From: Polyangiales bacterium
GTDB taxonomy: Bacteria; Myxococcota_A; Polyangia; Polyangiales; Ga0077539
DNA length: 64,000 nucleotides
Reading direction: 5' to 3'
NCBI GenBank assembly: GCA_044229975.1
Contig: JBGARZ010000003.1
Span: forward strand, 544,001 to 608,000
Shown here: piece after piece, positions 19,552 through 28,947 of the stretch
Layout of the letters: each line of letters starts with the position of its first letter
Position numbering within the stretch: the first letter of the stretch is position 1
Translations under genes and position numbers: made by a program
The notes under the pieces: model-generated
Databases searched by the model: none
Seen by the model: only the letters and a program-made list of their open reading frames with translations
What the model was told of the DNA's origin: nothing

Positions 19552-20814
19552 ATGACCTCCCCCTTGAACGACCCCGACCTCGCCGCATCCGACCCCGAGA
19601 TCTCCTCCCTCGTCCGCTCCGAGGACGAGCGGCAGCGCGACAAGCTCCGCATGATCCCGAGCGAAAACTACGCCTCGCGCGCCGTGCTCGAAGCCTGCGG
19701 ATCGACCCTCAACAACAAGTACTCCGAGGGGTATCCGCGCAAGCGCTACTACGAGGGGCAGCAGTTCATCGACCCCATCGAGGAGCTCGCCCGCGACCGC
19801 ATCAAGGCCCTCTTCGGCGTCGAGCACGCCAACGTGCAGCCGTACTCCGGGTCGCCGGCCAACCTCGCGGTGTACTTCGCGTTCTGCAAGCCGGGCGACA
19901 CCGTCATGGGACTCGGCCTCCCGCACGGCGGCCACCTCACCCACGGCTGGAGCGTCTCCATCACCGGCTCGTACTTCAAGAGCGTCGCCTACTCGGTGCG
20001 CCGCGACGACCACCGCATCGACATGGATGAGGTCCGCAAGCTCGCCCACGAGCACCGCCCGCGCCTGCTCTTCTGCGGTGGAACCGCCTACCCCCGCACC
20101 TGGGACTTCGCTGCCTTCGCGACCATCGCGAAGGAGGTCGGCGCCATCCTCGTCGCGGACATCGCGCACATCGCGGGCCTCGTCGTCGGCGGCGCGCACC
20201 CCTCGCCCGTCGGCCACGCCGACGTCATCACCAGCACCACCCACAAGACCCTGCGCGGTCCGCGCGGCGGAATGATCCTCACAGGTGCGGCGCACGCGGC
20301 TGCCATCGACAAGGCGGTGTTTCCGGGCCTCCAGGGCGGGCCGCACGAGGGCAACATCGCGGGCCTCGCCGTGGCGGCAAAGGAGGCATCGACGGACGCC
20401 TTCCGCGCGTACGCCCATCAGGTGGTCGCCAACGCGAAGGCGCTCGCCTCCGCGATGACCGAGCGCGGCTACTCGCTGGTCTCGGGCGGCACCGACAACC
20501 ACCTGTTGCTGGTCGATCTCACCCCGCAGAACATCCCCGGAAAGAAGGCCGCGAAGGCCCTCGACCGCGCGGGCATCGAGCTCAACTACAACAGCGTCCC
20601 GTACGACACGCGCAAGCCCTTCGACCCGTCGGGCGTGCGCCTCGGGACGCCCGCCCTCACCTCGCGCCACCTCGGCGAGAAGCACATGGCCCAGGTCGCC
20701 GAGTGGTTCGATCGCGCGGTGAAGGCGGCCGAGGACGACGCGAAGCTCGACGCCATCGCGAGCGAGGTGAAGGCCCTGCTCGCCGAGTACCCCGCCCCCG
20801 GCATCCCGGTCTGA
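19552..20814 (+). CDS. glyA: Serine hydroxymethyltransferase
   Basis: IPSENY, NKYSEGYP.KRYY, GGHLTHG, TTHKTLRGPRGG; AAGGAG RBS. Confidence 0.98.
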   Translation: MTSPLNDPDLAASDPEISSLVRSEDERQRDKLRMIPSENYASRAVLEACGSTLNNKYSEGYPRKRYYEGQQFIDPIEELARDRIKALFGVEHANVQPYSGSPANLAVYFAFCKPGDTVMGLGLPHGGHLTHGWSVSITGSYFKSVAYSVRRDDHRIDMDEVRKLAHEHRPRLLFCGGTAYPRTWDFAAFATIAKEVGAILVADIAHIAGLVVGGAHPSPVGHADVITSTTHKTLRGPRGGMILTGAAHAAAIDKAVFPGLQGGPHEGNIAGLAVAAKEASTDAFRAYAHQVVANAKALASAMTERGYSLVSGGTDNHLLLVDLTPQNIPGKKAAKALDRAGIELNYNSVPYDTRKPFDPSGVRLGTPALTSRHLGEKHMAQVAEWFDRAVKAAEDDAKLDAIASEVKALLAEYPAPGIPV

Positions 20815-20865
20815 CCATTCCGCCACAATAGACGCTCGACCCGACCCGGGAGCATCCTCCGTCGG

Positions 20866-22776
20866 GTGGCTCTTCGACGGCTCTCCCTCCTCGCGCTGAC
20901 CCTCCTCTCGGCAAGCTGCGTCGCTACTCCGACGGGGGGCGATGACGACGACTGGGACGAGGCCGACAACCTCACCATCCACCAGGAGGTCGCCGTCGCC
21001 GGGCGCTGGACCATGCCCGCCTCGGTGCGCGCCATCGCTGCCCGCCAGCGCGTCGGCTACAACGGCGCGCCCTCTTGGAACGGCGGTCGCAACTGCGGCG
21101 GCAACTTCCTCGCTGGCACCCGCGAGCTCGGCGACTACCTGCGCCGCACCTTCCGCCAGGTGCGCTCGTACGGCGGCTACTCGTGCCGCCCCAACACCGC
21201 CAACACCAGCCAGACCTCGGTCCACGGAACCGGTCGCGCCATCGACGTGTTCATCCCCACGACTGGAGGTCAGGCCGACAACACGCTCGGCGACCCGGTG
21301 GCCCACTGGCTCGTCACGCACGCCCAGGAGATCGGCGTCCAGCTCGTCATCTGGGACCGCTCCATCTGGGGCCCCGCCACCAGTCCCGACACGCGTTCGT
21401 ACACCGGGCCGCACCCGCACCACGACCACCTCCACGTCGAGCTCACCATCGAAGGCGCCAACCGCCGCACTCCCTGGTTCGGTGCGCGGGTGGTCGACAC
21501 CGACCGCGACACCATCCCGGACGCTCGCGACAACTGCCGCACGGTGAGCAACCGCGACCAGCGCGACACCGACCGCGACGGCATCGGCAACGCCTGCGAC
21601 AACTGCGACGGCGCCCGCAACCGCGACCAGCGCGACGCCGACCGCGACGGCGTCGGGGACACCTGCGACAACTGCCGCAGCATCAGCAACCGCGACCAGC
21701 AGGACCTCGAACGCGACGGTGTCGGCGGCTCCTGCGACAACTGCTCGCGCGACGCCAACCGCGACCAGCGGGACGGCGATCGCGATGGTCTCGGGGACGC
21801 GTGTGACAACTGCCCGGCGGCGGCCAATCGCGCGCAGGCCGATCAGGACGACGACGACCGCGGCGACGTCTGCGACGACGACCGCGACGGCGACGGCGTG
21901 GCCAACACGCGCGACAACTGCGCGCAGCGGGAGAACCCCGACCAGCGCGACACCAACCGCGACGGCCAGGGCGACGTCTGCGACGCGGACGACGACGGCG
22001 ACGGCGTGGCCGACGCGGCGGACAACTGCCCCCGGGTCTCCAACCGCACGCAGGACGACCTCGACCGCGATGGCCGCGGCGACGTGTGCGACGACAGCGA
22101 CGGTGACGGCGCGCTCGACGACGCCGACAACTGCCCGCGCCTCGCCAACGCCGACCAGGCCGACCTCGATATGGACCTCGTGGGCGATGTCTGCGACGTC
22201 GACCGCGACAACGACGGGACGCCCGAGGCGACGGACAACTGCCCGTCGGCCGCCAACGCCGATCAGCTCGACACCGACGGCGACGGCCGCGGCGACGCCT
22301 GCGACGAAGACCGCGACGGCGACGGAACGCCCGACGCCATGGACAACTGCGACGAGACCCCGGTGGGCGATCAGCGCGACACCGACGGCGACGGCGAGGG
22401 CGACGCGTGCGACCTCGACGCCGACGACGACGGCCTCGGCAACGCCGACGACAACTGCCCCTTCGACGCCAACGCCGACCAGACCGACACCGACGGCGAC
22501 GGCTTCGGCGACCCGTGCGACCGAACGATGTCCGCGTCCGATGGTGGCGTCATGGGTGACGGGGGAGTCGGTGGGGAAGGCGATCCGCCCGAAGGCGAGG
22601 TCGACCCGTCGGATGACGACGGTCCGGAAGAGGAAGACCGATCGCTGGATGGAGCGGCCACGGAGGTGGACGGCGGGTCGGGTTGCAGCGCCGCGCCTGG
22701 TCGATCGGGCGCGCTGGGTCCGGGGATGGCGCTGCTCGGGCTGGTGCTCGCGCGGCGCCGTCGCCGTCGTCAGTAG
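20866..22776 (+). CDS. Secreted M15/LAS-like zinc peptidase domain + thrombospondin type-3 repeats + MYXO-CTERM tail
   Basis: SVHGTGRAID ... HHDHLHV motifs; many DxDxDGxGDxCDNC repeats; GCSAAP...LLGLVLARRRRRR tail. Confidence 0.8.
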   Translation: MALRRLSLLALTLLSASCVATPTGGDDDDWDEADNLTIHQEVAVAGRWTMPASVRAIAARQRVGYNGAPSWNGGRNCGGNFLAGTRELGDYLRRTFRQVRSYGGYSCRPNTANTSQTSVHGTGRAIDVFIPTTGGQADNTLGDPVAHWLVTHAQEIGVQLVIWDRSIWGPATSPDTRSYTGPHPHHDHLHVELTIEGANRRTPWFGARVVDTDRDTIPDARDNCRTVSNRDQRDTDRDGIGNACDNCDGARNRDQRDADRDGVGDTCDNCRSISNRDQQDLERDGVGGSCDNCSRDANRDQRDGDRDGLGDACDNCPAAANRAQADQDDDDRGDVCDDDRDGDGVANTRDNCAQRENPDQRDTNRDGQGDVCDADDDGDGVADAADNCPRVSNRTQDDLDRDGRGDVCDDSDGDGALDDADNCPRLANADQADLDMDLVGDVCDVDRDNDGTPEATDNCPSAANADQLDTDGDGRGDACDEDRDGDGTPDAMDNCDETPVGDQRDTDGDGEGDACDLDADDDGLGNADDNCPFDANADQTDTDGDGFGDPCDRTMSASDGGVMGDGGVGGEGDPPEGEVDPSDDDGPEEEDRSLDGAATEVDGGSGCSAAPGRSGALGPGMALLGLVLARRRRRRQ

Positions 22777-23738
22777 GCGACGCCCATCGAGCTCGCGCGC
22801 GCCTGAACCCGCCGCGTGATGACGCCCGCGATGTTGTTGGTGGGCGCCGCCATCGGGCGAGCCGCCGACGCTCCCGGTGCTCCGCCCATGGACCCGCGAC
22901 CCTCCGACGCCGCGGTGAGGGCCGCGACCTCCGCGGGGCGTGCCGCTCGCGCGACACCGCGCTGGGCGAGGACGTCGGCGCCTGCGCTGCGCTCCTCGTC
23001 GGTGAGGCGACGGTCGGAGACGTACACCTGACCGCCCTGGCGAAGGATGGTCTGCGTGCGGCCGTCGGCGAGCTGCTGGTCCTGCGCGTAGGTGAGCGCG
23101 GTCATCATCCCGTGGGTGCGGTTGGCGAGCGCGGCGAACTCTGCGTGGCCGCGCGCGTCGAGGCCGCTGCACTCGATGGTGCTGATCTCGATCTGGTGGT
23201 CGGCCGCGTACGAGACGAGCCGCTCGTGGCTGCGGTCGGGGTAGCGCTGCGCCGGCGCGTCACCCACCAGGAACACCATGCGCGCCGACTGCTGCCCCCA
23301 GTTCATCTCGTGGAGGGCGAGCGCGAGGCCCGCGTCGACGTCCTCGGGGTAGTCGCCGCCGCCCTGCGCCGTGACGCCCATGAGGGCGGTGTGCATCGCG
23401 TCGAGGTCGCTCGTGAGCGGGGTCATGTGCGTGGGCTCGCTGTCGCTGCGGTCGCGGTAGATCACGAGGCCGACGCGCAGGTTGGGGCGCGGATTGCCGG
23501 AGGCGATCTGGTTGGCGATGTTCCAGATGTGCTGCTTCACGGGCTCGATCTCGTCGCCCATGGAGCCCGTCGCATCGAGCACGAACACCACGTCGATGTT
23601 GGGCCGCGCCACCGCCACCCGATCGCTCTGGGTCATCGGGCTCACGCGCTGCGCGCTCGCCGGACCCGCAGCAGCCATCGCCGCCATCGCCACGCCCACC
23701 ATCAACCGCCGCACCCACCGCATCCGAGTCTGCACCAT
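22770..23738 (-). CDS. Secreted von Willebrand factor A domain protein
   Basis: Signal peptide; DVVFVLDATGSM MIDAS, GGGDYPE, VGDAP. Confidence 0.88.
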   Translation of the reverse strand: MVQTRMRWVRRLMVGVAMAAMAAAGPASAQRVSPMTQSDRVAVARPNIDVVFVLDATGSMGDEIEPVKQHIWNIANQIASGNPRPNLRVGLVIYRDRSDSEPTHMTPLTSDLDAMHTALMGVTAQGGGDYPEDVDAGLALALHEMNWGQQSARMVFLVGDAPAQRYPDRSHERLVSYAADHQIEISTIECSGLDARGHAEFAALANRTHGMMTALTYAQDQQLADGRTQTILRQGGQVYVSDRRLTDEERSAGADVLAQRGVARAARPAEVAALTAASEGRGSMGGAPGASAARPMAAPTNNIAGVITRRVQARASSMGVAY

Positions 23739-23878
23739 GACGATCACCGTTCTTTCGGAGCGCCGCTGAGAGAGGGCGCTCGACGTTGGTGGGTGCTGTC
23801 GACGCGCGGCCTCCGCGATCGGTCTACGAAAGCGTCACGAGGTCAGAGCGGGTATGTTCGCCGCTGCGGGAGGCATCG

Positions 23879-24751
23879 ATGAACAGCCCCACGGAGACCG
23901 AGTCGGAGAGTCAGACACCGAGCGTTCGCCGGGCGCTCGTGATCGCCGCGGTGATCGCGGTGGTCATCCAGCACGTCGTGCCCTTCGGGCGGCTGGCGCT
24001 GTATCCGTTCACGCTGCTCGCGACGTGGGTCCACGAGATGGGTCATGGCGTCACGGCGCTGCTGGTGGGTGGGTCGTTCTCGTCGCTCGATGTGTTCGCC
24101 AACGCGTCGGGCCTCGCCCACACCAACGCGGGCAACGGCCTTCCTCGCGCGCTGGTCTCCATGGGCGGTTTGCTCGCGCCGCCCTTCGTCGGGGCCGCGG
24201 TGCTGGCCCTGGGGCGCGGTCCGCGGCGGGCTCGCGTGCTGCTGCTCTCGCTCGCGCTGGCGCTGGTCGTGTCGCTGCTGATCTGGGTGCGCTCTCTCAC
24301 CGGTTGGGTGGCGCTTCCCATCACGGCGACCCTCATCGCGGCCTTCGGCGTGTGGGGTAGCCCGAAGGAGCGGATGGTGTTCACGCAGTTCATCGGGCTG
24401 CTGCTCGGGCTCGATACGGTCGGGCGCCTCGACTACCTGTTCATGGAGAGCGTGGTCATCAACGGGGACGAGATTCCGTCGGACGTCGCCAACGTGGTGA
24501 CGCAGATGGGGTCGTTTATTCCGGTGTGGGGCGCGTTGCTGACCCTCGTCGGGCTCTCGGCGCTGTACCTCGGACTCCGGATCGCGTGGCGTCAGCCGAA
24601 GGCCGCGAAGGCAATGACCTCGTCGGCGGCGTCGATGACGGAATCGACGACCCGGGAGAGGTCACCGAGCACGGCCTCATTGCGGAAGCGCATCACGCGC
24701 AACCCCTCGTCTTCGAGTGCATCGGTGCGTCGGCGATCATCCGCCTCCTGA
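23879..24751 (+). CDS. M50B-family membrane metallopeptidase
   Basis: TWVHEMGH, multiple TMs, SD motif; the C-terminal tail reads 160 bp into the opposite-strand DUF559 gene. Confidence 0.85.
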   Translation: MNSPTETESESQTPSVRRALVIAAVIAVVIQHVVPFGRLALYPFTLLATWVHEMGHGVTALLVGGSFSSLDVFANASGLAHTNAGNGLPRALVSMGGLLAPPFVGAAVLALGRGPRRARVLLLSLALALVVSLLIWVRSLTGWVALPITATLIAAFGVWGSPKERMVFTQFIGLLLGLDTVGRLDYLFMESVVINGDEIPSDVANVVTQMGSFIPVWGALLTLVGLSALYLGLRIAWRQPKAAKAMTSSAASMTESTTRERSPSTASLRKRITRNPSSSSASVRRRSSAS

Positions 24752-24987
24752 AGATCGTGGACGTCTCCATCGACCTCGATGACGAGGCGAGCGCGCGGAA
24801 CATAGAAGTCAACGATCCATCCGCGGATGACGTGCTGAGTGCGTACGCGACATCCAAGAGAGCGCCTTCGGAGGACTTCCCACAGCGCACGTTCAGCGTC
24901 GGTCATCTCTCGTCGGAGCTGGCGCGCACGAGCAATCTTCGCGGGCGCCGCCCCAGGGTGGGAGTCGAGCGAGCTTCGTCGGACCAC
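24592..24987 (-). CDS. DUF559 (Vsr-like) endonuclease
   Basis: ARQLRREMTDAERALW...QHVI..WIVDFY....LVIEVDG..H.....D..R...L...G..V.RF.N. Confidence 0.92.
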   Translation of the reverse strand: MVRRSSLDSHPGAAPAKIARARQLRREMTDAERALWEVLRRRSLGCRVRTQHVIRGWIVDFYVPRARLVIEVDGDVHDLQEADDRRRTDALEDEGLRVMRFRNEAVLGDLSRVVDSVIDAADEVIAFAAFG

Positions 24988-25017
24988 GCCTCACCGTAGC
25001 CGATGGACCTGGTGTGG

Positions 25018-25236
25018 GCCCCCTCACCGCGCTGCCGCGCGCCCTCACCCCCGCGGGAGCGGGGGCAAGGGCTCCGATGCAACAGGTTGGTTGGTGGCCA
25101 GTCGTTGGCTGCGAGCGTGCGAGTTCAGCAGTCCCCAGCGCATGCGCGGCAGTCTCGAGCGCGTGTTCAGCAGCATCCTGAGCCCTTGCCCCCGCTCCCG
25201 CGGGGGTGAGGGCGCGCGGCAGCGGGGTGAGGGGGC
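25018..25236. repeat. Inverted-repeat doublet (REP/REPIN-like)
   Basis: Arms 25018-25074 and 25180-25236 (57 bp, 1 mismatch), containing ccctcacc motifs and hairpin cccccgc-ggga-gcggggg. Confidence 0.9.
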
Positions 25237-25237
25237 G

Positions 25238-25495
25238 CTACGGAACCTTCGTCGTCAGCTTGTCCACCGCGTGCACGGGCGCGCGGTCGCCCTTCATCAG
25301 GTGCGCGATGGCCCCCAGCACCAGCCGCTGCTGGTTGAGCATCGACTGCCCCGCGAACACCGGTGACACCACCGCCAGCGTGAAGTGCCCGCCGCCGCCC
25401 GACACCTCGACCACCGCGTCGGGGATCTTCGCCAGCACCGACTCGCGCAACGCCGTCAGCACGTCGCCCTGGAAATCCGTGTCGTGATTGGACAT
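25238..25495 (-). CDS. BolA/IbaG family protein
   Basis: GGGHFTLAVVSPVFAG.SMLNQQRLV...VHAV; adjacent to Grx4. Confidence 0.9.
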   Translation of the reverse strand: MSNHDTDFQGDVLTALRESVLAKIPDAVVEVSGGGGHFTLAVVSPVFAGQSMLNQQRLVLGAIAHLMKGDRAPVHAVDKLTTKVP

Positions 25496-25510
25496 CTCGC
25501 TCGCTCCTCT

Positions 25511-26443
25511 TCAGTACCGCGGAACCGACGGGTCGACGCTCGCGCTCCAGCCGTCGATGCCGCCCTGCAGGTTGTACACGTACCTGAACCCGCGGCGGAC
25601 GAACTGCTCGGCCGCCTGGAGACTCCGCACCCCGTGGTGGCACTGGAACACCAGCGGCGTCGAGCGGTCCATCGCCGCGATCTCCTTGTCGAGACCGCTG
25701 TCGAGCAGCCGCGCGCCGCGGATGCTGGCGATCTCCCACTCCTCGGGCGTCCGCACGTCGATGAGCTCGAACTTCTCCCCGCGGTCCATCATCTCCTTGA
25801 GCTTGCCCGGCGAGATCTGCCGCACCCGCGCCGGCTCGTTGGGGTTCTCGATCTTGAACCCCGCCCCGTTGGGCCCCGTCACGAAGCCGATGTGCACGCC
25901 GTCCGCGCGGAAGGCCGAGCCGCCGTCCATGTGCACCTGCAAGCCCGCGACATCGACCACCACGTCGCCCTTGATCGCGTCGCCGAAGTACATGTCGTGC
26001 TCGTACTTCGCGTTGATCTCCATCCGCAGCACGGCGCCGTCCGCGCCCATGGTCTTCGCCGCCGTCCGCAGCTCCTTCAATGCATCGTCGCTCGCCGTCA
26101 TGGTGGGCTGCTTCGGCCCCGTCGCCTCGGCGCCCAGCAACGGCTGGAGCTCACCGCGCGCGTGCAGCTCCTTCACGATGTCGGCCCCTCCGATGAACTG
26201 CCCGTCCACGTAGAGCTGCGGGATCGTCGGCCACTCCGAGAAGGCCTTCACCCCGTCGCGCACCTCCGGGTCTTCGAGCACGTCGACCGTGTGATACCCG
26301 GGCAGGTAACCGTCCAGCAGGCCCACCACCGACGCCGAGAACCCGCACGCCGGCGCGAACCGGCTGCCCTTCATGAACAGCACCACCCGGTGCGCCTTGA
26401 TGGTGTCCTCGATCTTCTGCCGAACGCTGTCGCCGCTGCTCAT
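25511..26443 (-). CDS. grxD: Monothiol glutaredoxin Grx4 fused to Cys-less HesB/IscA-like and rhodanese domains
   Basis: LFMKG...CGFS...WPTIPQLY..GGADI; GFKIENPN; LIDVRTPEEW...CHHGVRS...NLQGGIDGW. Confidence 0.88.
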   Translation of the reverse strand: MSSGDSVRQKIEDTIKAHRVVLFMKGSRFAPACGFSASVVGLLDGYLPGYHTVDVLEDPEVRDGVKAFSEWPTIPQLYVDGQFIGGADIVKELHARGELQPLLGAEATGPKQPTMTASDDALKELRTAAKTMGADGAVLRMEINAKYEHDMYFGDAIKGDVVVDVAGLQVHMDGGSAFRADGVHIGFVTGPNGAGFKIENPNEPARVRQISPGKLKEMMDRGEKFELIDVRTPEEWEIASIRGARLLDSGLDKEIAAMDRSTPLVFQCHHGVRSLQAAEQFVRRGFRYVYNLQGGIDGWSASVDPSVPRY

Positions 26444-26586
26444 GGTCGAACTTCCTCGTTGGGGTGCGCGGCCCGTCACGTCCGATCGGTGGACGCCCGG
26501 AGCGCGCGCGGGTAACCAATGCCACCAAAGCCGCGGCCATGGCTACCAGCAACCCCGCCGCTCACCCCCCGGAGTAGACCCACCGC

Positions 26587-27681
26587 ATGAGCCAGGACCT
26601 CGCCATCCCCACCGTCGACCTCGACGACCTCCACGCGGGCGGCGCCCGCCGCGACGCCGCCAGCGCCGCGATCCGCGAGGCGTTTGGCACCTACGGCCTC
26701 TGCTACGTGCGCTCCCACGGCATCGCCCCGGAGTCCCTCGACGCCTTCTACGACGCCTTCGTGCGCTTCACCGCGCAGCCGGAGTCCGCGAAGCGCCCCT
26801 TCGCCCGCCCGGACATCTGGTACCAGCGCGGCTGGACCCCGCCCAACACCGAGCAGGCCGTCGCCGGCGGCGGACAGCCCGACTTCAAGGAGTGCTACTT
26901 CGCCGCGGCGCTCCCCACCGACCCCGAGTGCAAGGCCGAGCACCCCGAGATCTACGCCGACAACGTGTGGCCCGACGACCCGCGCTTCGTCGAGGTCTAC
27001 ACCGCCATGGGCCAGAGCCTCCACGCCGTCGGGCAGGAGCTCTTGAAGGGCGCCGCGTTCGCGCTCGGCCTCGCGGAGGACACCTTCACCAGCCGCATCG
27101 ACGGCGCGCCGCACGTCACCCGCGCCCTGCGGTACATCCCGCTCACCCCCGAGCAGGTCGAGCAGAACATCCTCTGGGGCGAGGAGCACACCGACTTCAA
27201 CCTCCTCACGCTCTTGCCCGGCGGTCGCTTCATCGACCCCAATGGCCAGCGCTGCCCGCCGCCCGACCCGCACTCGGGCCTCTACCTCCGCACCCGCGCC
27301 TCGAAAGAACACCCCGCTGGACAGAAGGTCCGCGGCGCCGCCCCGCCGGGCTGCGTCATCGCGCAGGTCGGACAGCAGTGGGAGATCCTCACGGGCGGCA
27401 CCTTCCAGGCCACGCCGCACGTCATCACGGCGCCGAAGGTTCCTGGGTACGCGCGGCTCTCGTCGGCGCACTTCGTCCACCTGCATCCGCACCAGGTGCT
27501 CACGCCACTCGGGCCCTTCCGCACCGAGCAGACCGTGCGCGCCTACTCACCCCCGGTGCTCGCCGGAACCTACGACCTCAAGACCCTGGTCGACATCGCC
27601 CTGGCCCCCGCGAGCGCGCTCAACAGCCTCGGCTACCGCCACTACGACCGCCTCGCCGAGCAGCGCACGCTCCCGCGCTGA
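26587..27681 (+). CDS. 2-oxoglutarate/Fe(II) oxygenase, isopenicillin N synthase-like
   Basis: IPTVDL start, HTD...H iron triad, RLS cosubstrate motif. Confidence 0.88.
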   Translation: MSQDLAIPTVDLDDLHAGGARRDAASAAIREAFGTYGLCYVRSHGIAPESLDAFYDAFVRFTAQPESAKRPFARPDIWYQRGWTPPNTEQAVAGGGQPDFKECYFAAALPTDPECKAEHPEIYADNVWPDDPRFVEVYTAMGQSLHAVGQELLKGAAFALGLAEDTFTSRIDGAPHVTRALRYIPLTPEQVEQNILWGEEHTDFNLLTLLPGGRFIDPNGQRCPPPDPHSGLYLRTRASKEHPAGQKVRGAAPPGCVIAQVGQQWEILTGGTFQATPHVITAPKVPGYARLSSAHFVHLHPHQVLTPLGPFRTEQTVRAYSPPVLAGTYDLKTLVDIALAPASALNSLGYRHYDRLAEQRTLPR

Positions 27682-27690
27682 GCCTTCTCT

Positions 27691-28947
27691 TCACGCCGCC
27701 GGGAGCGTGAACGCGAAGGTGCTCCCCCTGCCCTCGGTGCTCTCCACCGTCACCTCACCGCCGTGGGCCTCCACGATGCCCTTCACGATGGAGAGCCCCA
27801 GGCCCGTCCCCTGCCCCGCCGTCCGCCGCTCCTGCCAGAAGCGGTTGAAGACGTGCGGCAGGTTCTCGGACGGAATACCCGACCCGGTATCACTCACCGT
27901 GAAGCGAACCCGGGTGCCATCCCGCGAAGCCCGCACCACGATCGCGCCACCCGTCGGCGTGAACTTCAGCGCGTTGCCGATGAGGTTCTCGAACACCTGC
28001 GACAGCCGACCGCGGTCGACCCGCACCTCCGGCAGCCCCTCCGCCACCTCGGCGCGCAACGCGATGCCACGCGACTCGGCCAGCACGCGCTGCACCTGCA
28101 CGGCGTCGTCCACCAGGGCCGCCACGGCGTGACTCTCGCGCTCCAGCACCAGGTTGCCCGTGTCGATGCGCGTCACGTCCAGCAGGTCGACGATGAGGCG
28201 GTTCATGCGCTCGGCCGAGCGACGGATCACCGCGAGCTTCGCGCGGATCCCCTCGGCGTCGTCGGGCCGCTGCTCGGCCATGCCCACCGCCATGATCAGC
28301 GCGTTGAGCGGGTTGCGCAGGTCGTGCGAGACCACCGCCACCACCTCGTCGCGCGCCTGCACCGCCCGCTGCGTCTGCTCATACAGCCCGCGGAGCTGCA
28401 CCGCCCGCTGCTCCGCCGTCGCCAGCGCGGCCTCGGTCGTGGCGCGGCTCTGCTCCAGCTCCGCGTTGCGCGCCGTGACCGCTTCGAGCGACGACACCAG
28501 CACGTCGAGCACCCGCGCGGGCTGCGAGCGCACCTCGAAGGTCTGCCCGCGCACCTCCACCGTCGGCGCGGCGCCCGTGTCGGCGGGGCGGTCGACGAGG
28601 CGACGCACCCGCGCGCTGAGCTGGGCGGCGTCGTAGGGCTTGGTGAGGAAGTTGTCGGCCCCGGCCGAGAGCGCGCGCACCACGTCCGTCGGGTCGGCCA
28701 GCGACGTGAGGAGAATCACCGGGACCGCCCGCGTCACCTCCGCGGCCTTCAAGCGACGGCACACCTCGAAGCCGTCGATGCCGGGCATCACGATGTCGCT
28801 CACCACGAGGTCGGGCGGCGACGCGAAGCACGACGTGAGGCCCGACTCGCCGTCGACGCAGAGGGTGACCTCGATGCCCTCGCGGGTGAGCACCCCGGCG
28901 ATCTGCCGGGCCTGCGTGCGGCTGTCCTCGATGACGACGACGCGCAT
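27691..28947 (-). CDS. Response regulator-histidine kinase hybrid (chemosensory output)
   Basis: IEDS...SDIVMP receiver; SHDLRNPL, NLIGNALKFT, GTGLGL; TGATG-coupled to cheB. Confidence 0.92.
   Translation of the reverse strand: MRVVVIEDSRTQARQIAGVLTREGIEVTLCVDGESGLTSCFASPPDLVVSDIVMPGIDGFEVCRRLKAAEVTRAVPVILLTSLADPTDVVRALSAGADNFLTKPYDAAQLSARVRRLVDRPADTGAAPTVEVRGQTFEVRSQPARVLDVLVSSLEAVTARNAELEQSRATTEAALATAEQRAVQLRGLYEQTQRAVQARDEVVAVVSHDLRNPLNALIMAVGMAEQRPDDAEGIRAKLAVIRRSAERMNRLIVDLLDVTRIDTGNLVLERESHAVAALVDDAVQVQRVLAESRGIALRAEVAEGLPEVRVDRGRLSQVFENLIGNALKFTPTGGAIVVRASRDGTRVRFTVSDTGSGIPSENLPHVFNRFWQERRTAGQGTGLGLSIVKGIVEAHGGEVTVESTEGRGSTFAFTLPAA

Noticed and set aside
21496..22520. DNA-level repeat element
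   Set aside because: Explained by the coding thrombospondin type-3 repeats.
19444..23172. 1242-aa minus-strand ORF and similar long ORFs (e.g. 1716-3947, 8239-10638, 50269-51915)
   Set aside because: Antisense shadows of well-supported genes, expected in high-GC DNA with strong codon bias; no motifs.
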